Notes: a model not told the origin generated them from the letters alone. A DNA stretch of 53,163 nt, filler included, from Sphacelaria rigidula (GCA_964200075.2; 4 parts of 4 records of this genome joined end to end with filler, not necessarily neighbours in it); one strand, 5' to 3'. Numbered from the whole stretch's first letter, positions 35,801-49,205 are shown. Program-made: numbers and translations.

Positions 35801-37305
35801 TACTGCCCGCCGAGACCACTTTAATTCAAACGGCACTGTACTGTGGTCAGTGCTTCAATTCGGAACAATATTTCAACGCAGGAGGTATGCCGCATTTTGG
35901 ACGGTTGGTACGTACTGCAGTGGTTATGTTGGTGGGGCGGGAATCAAACTGTAGTGTACCCTGGTGCCGTGTGAAAGTGAAGAAAGTACAGAGTCGAGAG
36001 CTTGTGTACAAGTAACGAAAGCCTCGCGCGTCGCCGTGTTCCATCATGCTCATGTACAGACAAAATCTTATATATCTGGCCCAATATTTCGCATCGAAAT
36101 AATTCAGTTTGCATGGTGGGCTCAACGTTCCGTGTTTGAGAAATAAAAATCTTCTGCGCAGCGGCGGCGATTGAAATCGCCCGCGTACTCCTTACCTGCA
36201 AGCAGGAATCGGCGTGTGTTGGGACACATGTCGGTCGATTCGGTTGATACAGCATCGACGGACTGTGAGCAGGGGCGGTCGCGGGGCGTTTGGGGGGTGT
36301 TTGGTTGTGTAGCAAAAGAGGGCTTAGGTATGCGCTCGTACCTGAAGCGCCTTGTGGTTCGGTTGCCATTGCCTGAAACCAACGTGGGTGCTGTATGACA
36401 CATCGAAGACCTGCAGCTAAATCGAGTCGGAATGTCTGTCAAACTCCGAGTAAAGGAAGAAACAGCTGTCCAAAAAGCTGTCTAATTAATTACCCGCGTG
36501 TGTTACACCGATAAATCGTGTACACAAATATAAAGTGAAAAACAAGGGCCGAAAATACAAGGTTTTTGAAAGAAAACCGTGAGCTTGTGTGTGGCTGATG
36601 TGTAAAAAGCGGCTGACCGAGAGAGAAAACCCTACAGCTTGAATGAAACAAGCCACCTCTGAAGCCCCATGAATGTAACGGTATACAGTAGCAGAGCAGG
36701 CCGCACCCCAAGATATGGGAGTGTGACCCGCTGGTACTGTGCTCGGCTCGTTAACTCAAGCAGTAAGGTTCTCTCGCACACGGCACACGTTAACAGCTAA
36801 CTGGTGCTATTGTGCGTAAGCACCGAGCTCTTTCGGGAAAAAGAAAACCCAAAAGACACAAAGGGATTATGATACACGTAACTCACTTCTTGAGAAACGG
36901 CTTACCAGCCAGAGATGAGACGTCGCGTAGCGCAGATGAAAGCTGATGATCCTTATTCAGATTGGTTCTACTATAAGCCTTTCTTTGACCGGTGGGTGGC
37001 AAGTAAAGCTCATGGAGGGTGAATTCCTCCCCGCAAAAACTCCTAGCTACGCGTACAATTTTCCATAGTAGTAACTCATGAAGACGCGTGCCTCAGGCGG
37101 GCGTGTGCCCCATATGACCAATCTGATACAAGCAATCCGACTACAAAATCAGCCTGACACGCCATGCTGTGGCCAATCAAAGCGTCCGTAGAAACGTGCG
37201 TAGTTGCACGGCCGAGAATGCACAGACCAGTCTAGAGATTCCTCGAACCCCGCAGCGATATCCAAAAATACACCACTTACTTATCTTCTTAACAAGCACA
37301 CATTC

Positions 37306-37512
37306 GACTATAATCTTTTCATACCCGCCGATCGTTTGTAGATCAAAGGTAGTATTCTACTGTATTAGTTTGATTCTCGCACGTCATCATATACCATCAT
37401 ACAAGCAGACGTTAGACTAGAATATTTTCATACCCGCCGATCGTTTGTAGATCAATAGTATCCTACTGTACTAGTTTAATTCTCGCACGCCGTCATATAC
37501 CATCACATTAGC
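37306..37512. repeat. ~109-bp tandem duplication
   Basis: gacta.aat.ttttcatacccgccgatcgtttgtagatcaa...attctcgcacg...tcatataccatca occurs twice. Confidence 0.9.
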
Positions 37513-39737
37513 CCCCCCTGGATCGTTCAAGTGCAGTTTCTTTTCAGAAGGGACGAACTTGCATCGAGCCACACCACTCCCACACCACAGACAACTAAGA
37601 TTCATTTCAAAGATCGAGTATTCTTCGGTACGGGGAATGGGAACGGGCGGCCAGCACAAAAACATACACAAATAGCAAGGCAAAAAAAAAATCGAACCAA
37701 TACAAGAATTCAGTGTTTCCATGTTCCGTCAGCATTTCAGACGGCGTCATGGAAAATACCAAAAATAAGAAATAAAAAACAATCAAAACTATGTACCACA
37801 AAACGTGCAGTCTCCTCAGAATGCCGTTAGCCCATTTCCGCGATAGCCACAGGAAATCAGGGACCTATCATTGAAACGATCATCCTACCCCGCCATAACT
37901 ATATCATAAATATAAAAGTTCACTCTTTTGTGGACGTCCGATTCGTTTTAGGCCATTGGTAGAAAAACAAGCAAGCCTACCAAGGTATTATATCACTCCG
38001 ATAACCAACTTCATGCTGATCACTCGTCCCAGTCAATCAGCCAAAGCCAGCAACGTACAGCCGATTTCGTCGCGAAAAAGGTAGTTTCCCGCGAAAACCA
38101 TACGTTGAAAATAAGTAAATAATACGTACAAATCAACTCGTTGACGTGAGTTAATTGTCGGTACATGTTTGTGAGAGCAACAACTTGCTTGGGACGTCTG
38201 GGTGATGATCCAGTCGTATAGCACTTTTTTTTCTCACACGACGAGATACGAAGACAACCGACCGGTATGTGAGGTCAGGTGTCCGTGCACGTCAAAAGAA
38301 ACGTAGTGGAGTCAATACAAAACCTTCGGGCCTACCACGTAGTTCCGAGGCGGATCGTCCAACACATTTCTGAACCACGACAATTACACAGGACAGAGAG
38401 GACCAACGCAGCCCACTTCTCACAGTATTTGCCCGTTCGGACTAAAACGAGACTGGCCCGAACACAAACTGGAGTAAAAACCACAGCCGGTCGTACCGTC
38501 ATGTTACTTCGTCCAATAAACCCTGATAAAAACAAAAAACCACCGACCGATTTCAGGGGCGGGTAATTGTACGCAAAAAAACTGGTAAAAGTGACAGAAA
38601 AAAATGGCGAGTGACGGACTCTGAGCCTGTAGGCTGTACCAATGGTCGAATATCGACATGGCGGAACGGACAATTCCGGAAGAGCAATCTATGTTATCAT
38701 GACACGTAATGGTCCTGTATGAGGAGACGTTTGCAACTGATTATACCGCGACTTCATGACAATTCTCAACACCGCTATGTACGACGCGACCAGTGGTGAC
38801 CTCGTTGTAACTTACCAATCACCGAGTATAAATCATCGCGTCGCATTGCCTGTGACCCTCCTATAAACGAGGTCGGTCACACGCGGCAGGGTTCGCAAAA
38901 AAAAGTAGGCCCAGTGTTCTAGACTCGAGGGTCAGGAACGTTGGAACACTCAAGGCGAAATTCCCGACATAGGCGCAGAAACCAAAACCAAAATAAATAC
39001 AAAACCAGGGGCACGCTGGGCAACAGCGAAAACGAAATATCAGCAATATGAAGCAGAAAATAACACGTGGCAACCATCCTCGTAAACGGGAGCGGTTATC
39101 GTGTGTACGAAGCGAGTAGGGTCAAAAGTTTCAGCCAAAATGTCAACACATTTCAGACACTTGGCTTCGGTTACTATCGCTCATGTTAATATAAAACTCA
39201 ACGTCCTACGCACACAACAAAGAGACACGTCGCGACCGATCCCGAAGAGCGGGGCGGTATGCGTGTACGGAGCGATCGGGCAAGTGCGCAATTATCCCAG
39301 ACGGGGGGGTCAGCTATATCCAGCGCTCGCTCCGAAACCTCTCGACCGAAAAGACAAAAATATAAAAAATAAAATATATATTACACAAGAGAAGAAAAAA
39401 TGTGCGTACGACGAAAAAAAATGAAGAAATAAGTAATTCGTGACAACTGTTCCAGTATACGAAATGGTCGTGAATGTACGGCCCGGAGGACGGAGGTTCA
39501 AGGTTCCAGACTCGGGGGTCATGAATGAAACGGTCGTCACTTGTACTGTGCCAGATGAACCCAGAAAATAACCAAGAAAATTACTCATCGAACACAAGAA
39601 AGAAATCGAAAACAAAACACGAGGCGAAAAGGAAAGAAAAGAAGGGAAGAAAAAGAAAAAGAAAAAAAAGACAAAAATAAATCAAAACAAAATGACGCAA
39701 AGGCAAAAAAAACCAAAACACAAAATCAGGGCCCAAA

Positions 39738-39850
39738 GCCAAAAAAAAAAACACAGGAAAAAAATACAAAATACGAAACACAACATACAACCACTACAAG
39801 TACGGGGCTAAACAGTACCAAAGAAAACGAACGCGGGGACGGGGGACACA
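39738..39850 (+). repeat. Direct repeat of the contig start (26636-26745); Gypsy 3'UTR/LTR-associated
   Basis: gccaaaa...cacaggaaaaaaatacaaaatacgaaacacaacatacaaccactacaagtacggggctaa occurs at both contig ends. Confidence 0.9.
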
Positions 39851-39950
39851 NNNNNNNNNNNNNNNNNNNNNNNNNNNNNNNNNNNNNNNNNNNNTTAATT
39901 AATTAANNNNNNNNNNNNNNNNNNNNNNNNNNNNNNNNNNNNNNNNNNNN
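39851..39950. other. Artificial contig-joining linker
   Basis: N44-TTAATTAATTAA-N44. Confidence 0.97.
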
Positions 39951-42780
39951 ATCTCCCTGAACCAGACAAAATTTCGCGAAAAAGTGCAGCCCTACCGTAG
40001 CATTGCTCAACAGCAAACACCTCAGGTAATGCCTTCTTTGTAGTCCTCCAGTCCACTCCTGAGAAACAGCGGCACTCGAACCACCACCCCGTGCACAGTG
40101 TAGAGCAGCATTTCCACTCGAATACTTGCTCCTCGCGGCATGAGTCCAGTTACACCTGGCACCCTCGTGGAGCCGCTCAGCTCGCCACTAAACGGTATAT
40201 CCGATCCACCAAACCAATGCGACAGACCATCTGCCCCCACAGATGCTTACGCATTCACGAACGCTAGTTCTTCAGTCCCTTTTACAGAGGAAACAAGAGG
40301 CGAAACGGGAACATCTATACAGTTCGGAACAGCAACACCTCCCGATAGCATCACGCCATCCTCCTCCAGCACCTGACCGTACAGCGGCAAAGACACCACA
40401 GTCAACGCCGGCAAATACGCCACAGCTGTCCATGCATACAGTAGTGCACACGACCATCCCAACACCACGCGACGCTTGTCGTCGCCGTCAGAATTGTGAT
40501 CGCTAACAGCATCACGAGCTTGCAGCTCGCTCTGCGTACCCGCTTCACGCGGATAACACGCCCCTGTTGTTTCGATCATGCAAGGCGTGTCTACAGCTAC
40601 GCGCTGCTTCGGCGGCAATTCCGCCAACCCGGCATCCACCTGTCCGTCAAGCAGACACCCCTGCGAATCATCTAAACGATCTTCCGTCATGTCACTGGCG
40701 CAGATAGATTCACCATGAGCACGGCAAGCTCCTTGCTCACCCTGCTTGTCCGCAATACGCGAATAACAACCCACTGCAGCTTCGAGCATGCAAGGAGTAT
40801 CTCCAGCTACGCGCTGGTCCGGCGGCAACAAGCAACTGGGACATCCGCCCAATATTACTGGGACATCCGCCTACCAGTACTTGCTCATTGGCCCATGTAG
40901 GCCTCGGCCTCTCAACATTGCCAACAGCAGCAGCAGCAGTATCACCCATACTCGCAACAGCCGCCACCTCCTGTCCGGCTTGCTCCTTGACGGCAATAGC
41001 GGCAACGCCTCTGGCGCTCTCGTGCCTGTCCCCTCGGACTAGCGATGGCTATGCGACTTGTTCGCCTCTTCCAACAGCACTGCCAGCGGCTGCTAATTCA
41101 ACACCGACTGCTGTACTCTCACTGTTCTTGCTGCCCAGTGCATCTCTTCGGACATACACATGCGTCGTCATCTTCACGCCGCTCAAAGTGGCACCGCGTT
41201 GTTGCTTCAGTCACAGGCGAGCTGTTTCTACTACTGCACGATCAGCAGCCGCACTCTCGTGCTAACTCATACGGACAGGCCTATGTTGTGTCGCCATCTT
41301 GCCCGTCAAAGTGCAGGCGGTTGCTTCAGTCGCGGGCGAGCTGTTTATACTACTGCACGCTCAGCAGCCGCACTCTCGTGCCTGCTTACACGGACACGCC
41401 TACGCTGTGTCGCCATCTTGCCCGTCAAAGTACAGGCGGCTGCGCCGGTTGTTGGTTCACACGCGGGCGAGCTGGAAATACTTTTTTCGAAAGAAATGTC
41501 GTGCCTGTCCCCACCGCCGCCGACCTTCACACTATCTTGCACCACACTCCGCGATGCATGAGATGCACGCTTGCGCAGCGCAAACAGCAATTTCTCTTGC
41601 CCAATATCACTTGCTTCATCCAAAAATGTGTCACATAGACAGTCCTCGATATGTGCGGGCATGAGGGCACAGACCACTGGCTCCTCGACAACGTGCCAGC
41701 GTGCTTGACGCTCGCTCGTTGCGTTCACCTCACGAAGGTAGTTCTCATACTTCCGCAGAAACTGAGCAGATTTTTCACTTGAGAACTCGCGACCGTAGTA
41801 TAGCATATCCAGAAATCGGACACGGACAGCGCGACCATCGATGACAATATATTGCTGCAGCGCACTAACAACATGGCCGTCCACCGCGACATACTCCTGC
41901 ACCTCGTACATTTCGGTCAGCAGTACAGCACTCCACACGCCTTTTTGAAAAACGAAGTCGCCTCCCACTCACAGAAACAACAACTCTCTCTTTACACCGA
42001 GACGCGCTGTACCACCTTACAACGAAGACCACACGCCTCTTGCTCACGCGATTCTCATCACGTCTTGAAGTCCTTAGACTCCTCTTCTCGACCGTACCTG
42101 GCCAAGAGTGGAACAAGCAACTATGGCTGGCTCCACCAGGTAGTATTTTTGCCCCTTTTCTGGAACGTGCACGGGCTCGCCAGCTGTCGGTCAACCCCCC
42201 GCACCTCTCGCACAAGCGATACCACAGCCCACCCCAGCACTGCCTCAGAACGCCCTCGGCTCTACTTCTCCAACTTCTCGCGACGTTAACACGCCTCGAG
42301 CTGGTCTTGTTTGCTGCAAACTGATCAGACCTGCAGACTTCCCTATCTTGAAGTGTCAGCTGCTTTTCAGCAGACCTACCGCTAGGCAGCGGACTTAATG
42401 AACCTTGATTGTAGACTCCTGTCACTCAAAATCAGATTGCCATGTGGACTCCTCCCGTCACGGGCACATGGACTTCACCAGCTTGTGTTATTCATGTATT
42501 AACCCTCAGCATAGTACAGGAGAACAGGACCATAGCCTCTCCCCAGCAGAGTGGCAAAATCAAGCCTACTCGTCGTGGAGGTCACCTATCACAGTGTCTG
42601 GCAATCAGATCCTCAACTGCACCTACAAATGTCCCTGTGTAACAATGGTGGCTAGATACTACAGAACAGAACCAAAGCCTCACGTCATAAAGGTCACCCA
42701 TCACAGAGTCCGGCAATCAGACCCGCAACTCCACCTACAAATGTCCCTAACCTTAGGTAACAATGTTGGCTAGAGTCTAC
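39951..42780 (-). mobile_element. Probable LTR-retrotransposon 5' part (leader and gag-like ORFs with internal repeats)
   Basis: Intronless ORFs 41345-41968 (QFLRKYENYLREVN) and 40247-40852 (duplicated LPP.QRVA.DTPCM peptide). There are ~119-bp tandem units at 41201-41440 and ~110-bp tandem units at 42562-42783. A possible TGG-starting PBS lies at ~42470-42480. No pol motifs were seen. Confidence 0.45.
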
Positions 42781-42781
42781 A

Positions 42782-43039
42782 GCCAGGTACGGTCGAGAAG
42801 AGGAGTCTAAGGACTTCAAGAGACGTGGTGAGAATCGCGTGAGCAAGAGGCGCGTGTGGTCGTCGTTGTAAGGTGGTACAGCGCGTCTCGGTGTAAAGAG
42901 AGAGTTGTTGTTCCTGTGAGTGAGGGGCGACTTCGCTTTTCATAAAAGGCGGTGTGGAATGCTGTACTGCTGACCGAAATGTACGAGGTGCAGGAGTATG
43001 TCGCGGCGGACGGCTATGTTGTTCGTGCGCCGCAACAGT
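42782..43039 (+). repeat. Inverted copy of 41851-42102
   Basis: About 255 bp of high-identity reverse complement (gtacggtcgagaagaggagtctaaggacttcaag...gaaatgtacgaggtgcaggagtatgtcgcgg). Confidence 0.92.
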
Positions 43040-43241
43040 GATTGATTGATTGATTGATTGATTGATTATCTCACATTAGCTGATTGTAACAATCAAGCCC
43101 GTGGTCAGGAGCAGCAAAAATAGAACAGAATAGTAAAAAAAATACAATAAAGAAAGAAAGGGATGGAAAAACGACAGAAGCAACAGCCTCATAAAGGAAA
43201 GAAAGGGGGCAGCGATAACAACAAAAAACACCACCACCACC

Positions 43242-43291
<50 letters not shown>

Positions 43292-45410
43292 ACAACAACA
43301 GGAACAAAGAACAGCAGTGACAACAAAATTACGACAAACACAAAGACAAACACAAGCACGAACAAAGACAAAAATGATGATGATCGCGCATTGCGTAGCT
43401 GATTGCAACACTCCAGGTCGTAATCAGAAACAAAAAGGAGAAACATGAAAAAATGAAAGAAAAATGAGACAAGAATGAGAGAAAAATGAGAGAAAGGAAA
43501 AAAAATAATAATAGAACGTAAAAAAAAAGGAATATAATACACAAGAAGACAGAGCCAGGCTCGTTCCGGCAGCGGGGGGGGGAAGGGGGGGGAAGCACAT
43601 ACGAAACAAAAAGCAAACAAAAATAAGAAGAAACCACCAGGAACAAAAGATGAAACAAAGCAGAGACGGGGACCAAATACATGCCCTGCGTATCTGGCGT
43701 AGGCTATGGTGAGTTGCTGTTGGTACTGTCGGTCCCAGGTGCTGTCGGTGCATCTTGGCCTGCAGCTTTCGCGTGCCGTATCGCTGCCTCTGCGTCATCC
43801 TTTTGGCACCAGTCCGCCATAAACCTTTCTGCTCCCTGTTCAACACAGCTGTGCCACTCTACTGCATTCAAGGCTCTGGTAGTCCACCCCTGCCATTCGA
43901 TACCGAACGCCTTCATGTCTTCCGCTAGGCAGCGGATCCAGTCCTTGTACCTGCCGTTAAACTCTTTTTTTTGCCCCTTCACGACTTTAATTTCACCGAA
44001 CATGGCGTGTTTCGGTATCCGTCTGGGTGACATGCGCGTGAAGAAACCGGCAAAATGGAGTGTCCTTCTTACCGTCGTCTCGATGCTTTCGCACCCTGTC
44101 CTCGCAAGGGTCTCTCGGAATGACAGAACGTGGTCTGTGCGATTGCGCTTGTGCCATCCAAGACAGCGCCCGAGCAACGCATGGTGGGCCGTGCGTAGTG
44201 TACTGTAGTGACCGCTGAGAGGGGTCCATGTGACGCACCCGTACTGGAGTGCTTCGACAGCCTCGGCTTTGATCATGCGGATTTTGAGGTGGGCGACCGC
44301 GTTCGGTCGATTGTACAGTTGGACTTTGTACTTATGATAGCTCGACCATGCCCCTTGTGCGCGTTTGTTGATTTTCACAGAGAGGTCGCTATTCTCCGTA
44401 ATCGACCCCCCCAGGTACACAAAGTTGTCTGTTTGTTCGTATACCTGACCAGCCTCATTGATGTCGAGGTGCCTCGCCTGTGAGTGCAGTCGTATGGTCT
44501 TCGTCTTTGCTTGCGACACGGTCAACTCGAACTCTCCGCAGATCGTCACAATCACAGTCATCATCTTCTCGAGGCTCGATGGTGTCCGCGAGACGATGGA
44601 GGCGTCATCGGCGAATAGCATACTCCATAGGGACCGTTCCTCTTCCGCCGCTATTGCTGTGGCCACATCTGGCTCGACCCATGCTACAGCACATTCCTCG
44701 TGGAAATCTCCCTTTTCGCGCTTCCGGACTCGCACCAGGTCCCCCGAGATGTCAGGGTCATCGCGGAAGACTGCCAGGGCCACCGTGAGTACTGCCGTAA
44801 AGAAGATGTTAAACAGCAGTGGTGGTAGGACGCATCCCTGTTGGAGGCCCTAGTCGATGTCGAACCATTCCGAGTATTCTCCGTCGTTCGTGCGCACCCG
44901 AGCTTGCATGCCATCGTGGAATTGGCGGATGATCGAGAGCATGATGGGTGGGACGCCATAGCGTTCCAGGACTTTCCACAGCAGTGGGCGGTCGACAGAA
45001 TGGTATGCTTTCGTGAGGTCGACGAAACACATGTAGAGCGGGATCTGTCGTCTCCGGCCAAGTTCCTGGAGTCGTCGGACGGTGAACATCATGTCGACGG
45101 TTGAGCGTCCGGGGCGGAAGCCGCACTGCTCTTCAGGTAGATTTCCATCTCGCAGTAGGTGCTTAGGCGGCGGGCGATTATCTTGAGGAGCACCTTGCGG
45201 GCGTGTGACACGAGTAAAATCCCCCTGCAGTTTCCGCATTCCGTCCGATCGCCGTTTTTGTGGAGCACGATGATGATGGCATCCTTCCATTCTTGTGGTA
45301 CGACTGCTCCGCCCCAGATGTCAACGATGATAGCGTGGAATCTCTGTAGTCGGCTAGTGTCGTCAGCGTCGAGGAGTATCTTCAGCAGTTCAGCCGGCAG
45401 TTCATCTGGG
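43040..45410 (-). mobile_element. RTE-clade LINE, same family as 10875-13143, 5'-truncated, with 3' UTR and (CAAT)n tail
   Basis: [37 protein letters not shown] and FVYLGG. In-frame stop at 44850-44852. (ATTG)n tail at 43040-43067. Confidence 0.95.
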
Positions 45411-45829
45411 TCAACGTTGTATGGGAAGCACATCCTGGACAATAGATTACGTTGTAAAAAATATGCAGTATGGAATCTATTGTCTATTGCAATAGACGCA
45501 ATAGTCAATACTGAACGCAGTACACTTTTTGCCACAGCAATCTGTTGTTCAGGGTGTGATGGGGAAGGAATTGGAAGTACCCTCAAACTGGGGACATGGG
45601 AGGCTGGTATGAGCATTTGAAAGGGGGATGGAGAGTGGTGCGAAGGAAAGGGTAGAATGAGCAGTATATCAAATACGAGGACGGGCAGCTGCTGCTGCGG
45701 TACGAGAGCCCAATCTTTGAGGGTTGGGAATATCGCTTCTCTACCCTGCTGAATGCAACGTCGGCGACTATCGGTCGAGCTGCCATCGAGCGCACCGCGC
45801 AAGGGCCCAAAGCGTTGTTATTTGGACAT

Positions 45830-47862
45830 CTACCGGGCCTGAAGAAAACGGAAGCGGCATCGAGAGTTGTGGCTGACGGCAAAGCTATGGGACCGGAGGG
45901 ACAACCTGCTGAACTCCGGGAGCTCGGGTTAGTCGGGGAGCACTCGAGGACTCTGGATCACTTCTACGGCGTCATCATTGCTGTTCGAAGGTCTGGCGAC
46001 GTACCGCTAAAGGGGAAGAACGCCATTATTCAAGTGCTGCACAGCAAGAGGGATAGGATCGAGTGTGGTATCTACAGAGGTATCCCCTCAATGGCACATG
46101 CTGGTGAAGTTTTCCTCAAGATCGCATTCAACCTGCTCGCTAGTTTCTGCGAAGAGGCAATGAAACTTCCCGGAAGAACAGTGCGGGTTTCGGCGTGAAA
46201 AGATCGACAACCGACGTGATATTCGTAGCACACCGACTGGAGGAGTTGGGAAAGGCGAACGATATCCAACTGAACACGTGATTTACCGACCCACAAGCGG
46301 CGTACGATTCCGTAGACCGCACGATTATCTGGTATGTACTCGCTCATGTTGAAATCCCGCATCGGGCGATCGGGGTCATCTGTTTGTTCCACGGCGGCAT
46401 GCGGGCTCGGATACTGTACGGCTGGATGATGACGAAATATCAGAGTTTCTTGAGTTCTGCCAGGCATCCAGGCAAGCATGCGTTTCATCCCCGCTGCTCT
46501 TGAACATTCTGGGGGCAGCATTGGTCGATGCGATCGCACAGCATTCCGCGGCAGACCCGGCCATTGTTGCAGAGTTGGTATATCTAGGGGATCCACCAGA
46601 AAGCGAGAATGGTAACTCCACGGGGGAAACGCCGCCTGAGAGGGTGTGCGGCGCGTGGTGTGGGGAATGCTGTACGCGGATGTCGGAAGAGGCTCGAGGT
46701 CTCCAGCTGGGCTTGCTTAGATGGTGGCTGTGATGGTGGTGGTCTTTCAGGAGTTCAGGATAACGATATCGACAACAAGGGAGCCCTCGCGCGCCGGTGG
46801 TCAGTACACAGCTCGCCGCAGACCGCACTGCACATCAAGGCCGCGGATCAATGGCATGAACAGATGGTCGGGTTTGTCTGCTTTGGTGGTGCTGTCAACG
46901 CAGACACGAATGCTTCCGTCGGAGTCAAGCGCCCGCGTTAGCGCTGCGTGGGCGCGCCTGTGGGAGTATACTTACCAACTGCACGATCGAGCGGAAGCCC
47001 AGCTATGCCTGAACACCCGGCTGCTCACAGATGAGGCTTTGGAAGGTGTTCTGCACGGATGTGCTTGCGACATTGACGCTGCAGCCATAGGACTCCGAAA
47101 GCTTGCCTTGTCACTACATGGGCGCTGCGCCCAGGACGGAGAGAAAAAAGGGGGGGGGGTGTACTCATGATCATGCATGCCGTAGTCATCAGACCATAGG
47201 GGGAGGGGGTGGCACAGAAGCCGATAGCGGGATTGTCTTGCCATATCGGTTGTTAACTACTTCCCTTGGCTAAGAACTTCAGCTATGTTCCTTAGCTGTG
47301 TTTTTACACATTTTGTTTCTGCTTTAAGCTTGCCGTCGTGCTTGAGTCCCTCCCTCTTCTTTCTGTCTTTGTATCATTTTCGCGCTTTCTCTTTCGTCTT
47401 CTTCCACTTCCTCTCGTTTTGTTGCTCTTCCCTTCGAACATAGTTACAGTGTTTAGGTCTCTCCTGTAGAACGCGTGTGTAAGAATTCCTTCCCCCTCCT
47501 CCCCCCTCCTCCCCCCCCCCCAAGAACAAAAAAATCTACTTCGAAGTATAGTCCTTGAATATCTGACTCATGTGGGTCTGAGATATCTGAGTCGCACCGT
47601 TTTCCCGCGACGTTTTCGCGTTCTTGTACGGTCCTTACCTTAGGTCATGCGACAGAGGTCTTTCGTGTATCCCCCACACATTAGTGAAGTTTTTTTCTGT
47701 TCGTCCTCGCTATCTCTCCCTTCGTCTCCTCCCTTTTCCCGAGTCTTTCCGATTAGTTGCCCGATGTAAGACGTAGTTTATTATCTTCGGGACCAAGGAC
47801 GGCTTCGTGACGGATCACGATAATGTGAAACGATCGATCAAGCGATCAATCGACCAATCAAA
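45830..47862 (+). mobile_element. Older, heavily decayed RTE LINE
   Basis: GKAMGPEGQPAELRELGL, KRDRIECGIYRGIPSMAHAGEVFLKI, PLLLNI, FVCFGGAV and ALEGVLHGC. Pyrimidine-rich 3' region ending aatgtgaaacgatcgatcaa. Confidence 0.8.
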
Positions 47863-49205
47863 ATGCATCTTGCAAGGGTGAACGGGAACTGATTCCCTTC
47901 CTAGTGATGGACGATACATCTATATAATATTATATGCCAGCTCTCATCATCTGTGTTGGTAAAAATCTACTCTGCTGTGGTCGCGGGATCGTACGGTGTG
48001 AATGGATACCACTCCCTGAACAGCGACTAACAGACGGTACTTGGAAAAAGTGTACCGCGTGCAGTATCGCGTATCTGTTGCCTATTGCATTAGACAATAG
48101 AGTCGATACTATACGCAGTACACTTATTTGACAATGTAATCTGGTCATTATCCAGAGCGCGGTGACGACGTACTGCGGCCCAACGAGGTGATCTACGATT
48201 CTTCCTCAAGGTCGCTGTCGTAGCCCTGCTGCCAAAGGATCTCCAAAGCGAGGCTTATTTTCCCTCTCTCGATATTCAGGATAACGATGGGCCGCGACCC
48301 TTGGTGGTAGGCAGGGGAACCAACCCAGTACAGGGTGCAGAGCACGGAGTGTCGCCTGGGTTTCCCACAGTGGCTCTGTGATGTTGAGCTCTTGCTATCG
48401 TGATACCCCGTTGCCTAGAGTACCAGAAGTTCGTCTGTGCAGGTGCAAGGGTTTCGGGACCTCTGGCTCATGTCACGGTTGGACCTGTTTTCTGTGACGT
48501 ACTAACCTGGCAGGAATTCACACCATCCCCCATGTCTTTTTTCTTTTTCACCAACCCCTGCCCCCATTGTACCTTTCCCCGAGGTGGTGTATTGTTATGT
48601 TGCATTTTTTTTTCCTGTTATGCCTGGTATATACGTGCGTGTGGCTGTCCCTCGAGAGGTAAAATGATGGAACGATGCGATTATTTTTGCCGTGATTGAT
48701 GATTCCTGGCCCCTGGGTTTGGCCCCATTTCTGCCTGGCCTCGCGTTTCGAGTGAGAACGTTGGGCTCTGCTTCGAGTAGTCCGAATGGTCGTTTTGCGG
48801 CCCCGGGCATTATGAGCTTAACAGTAGTTATTTTATTTTTTTATCGCGTCTGTGGTGAATTCTCCTGGGCCCTATTTTATACTTATTTGAATTTCATTTT
48901 ACCTTATTTTGGGTTGTTAGCTTGTGACCACGGAAGGCGTCGGCGTTAGATGCCCAGCACGGAGACCTGCGCAGATTTCGGAACAATTTTTAATGTGAAG
49001 ACAAGTACAACAACAACAACAACAACAACAAAAAACAAAAAACAAGTCCATCTCCAGTTTCCATGTGCATACAGGTATCCATGTGCAAACAGGTATTCAT
49101 TGTGTACATGCAATAGTGTGGTTCCCACATTCTTGTTTTTTTTTTGTATCTATTACAACAACCGTGCTCCGCGCCTACCTTCGCACGTCTTTACTGTTCT
49201 TGCAG

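Noticed and set aside
43071..43682. Poly-His/Gln, poly-Cys/Trp and hydrophobic ORFs
   Set aside because: Translations of microsatellites and the low-complexity LINE 3' UTR.
48280..48306. 27-nt candidate upstream ATPase exon (DNDGPRPLV, GPR motif)
   Set aside because: Too short to distinguish from chance, and the neighbouring expected sequence was not found.
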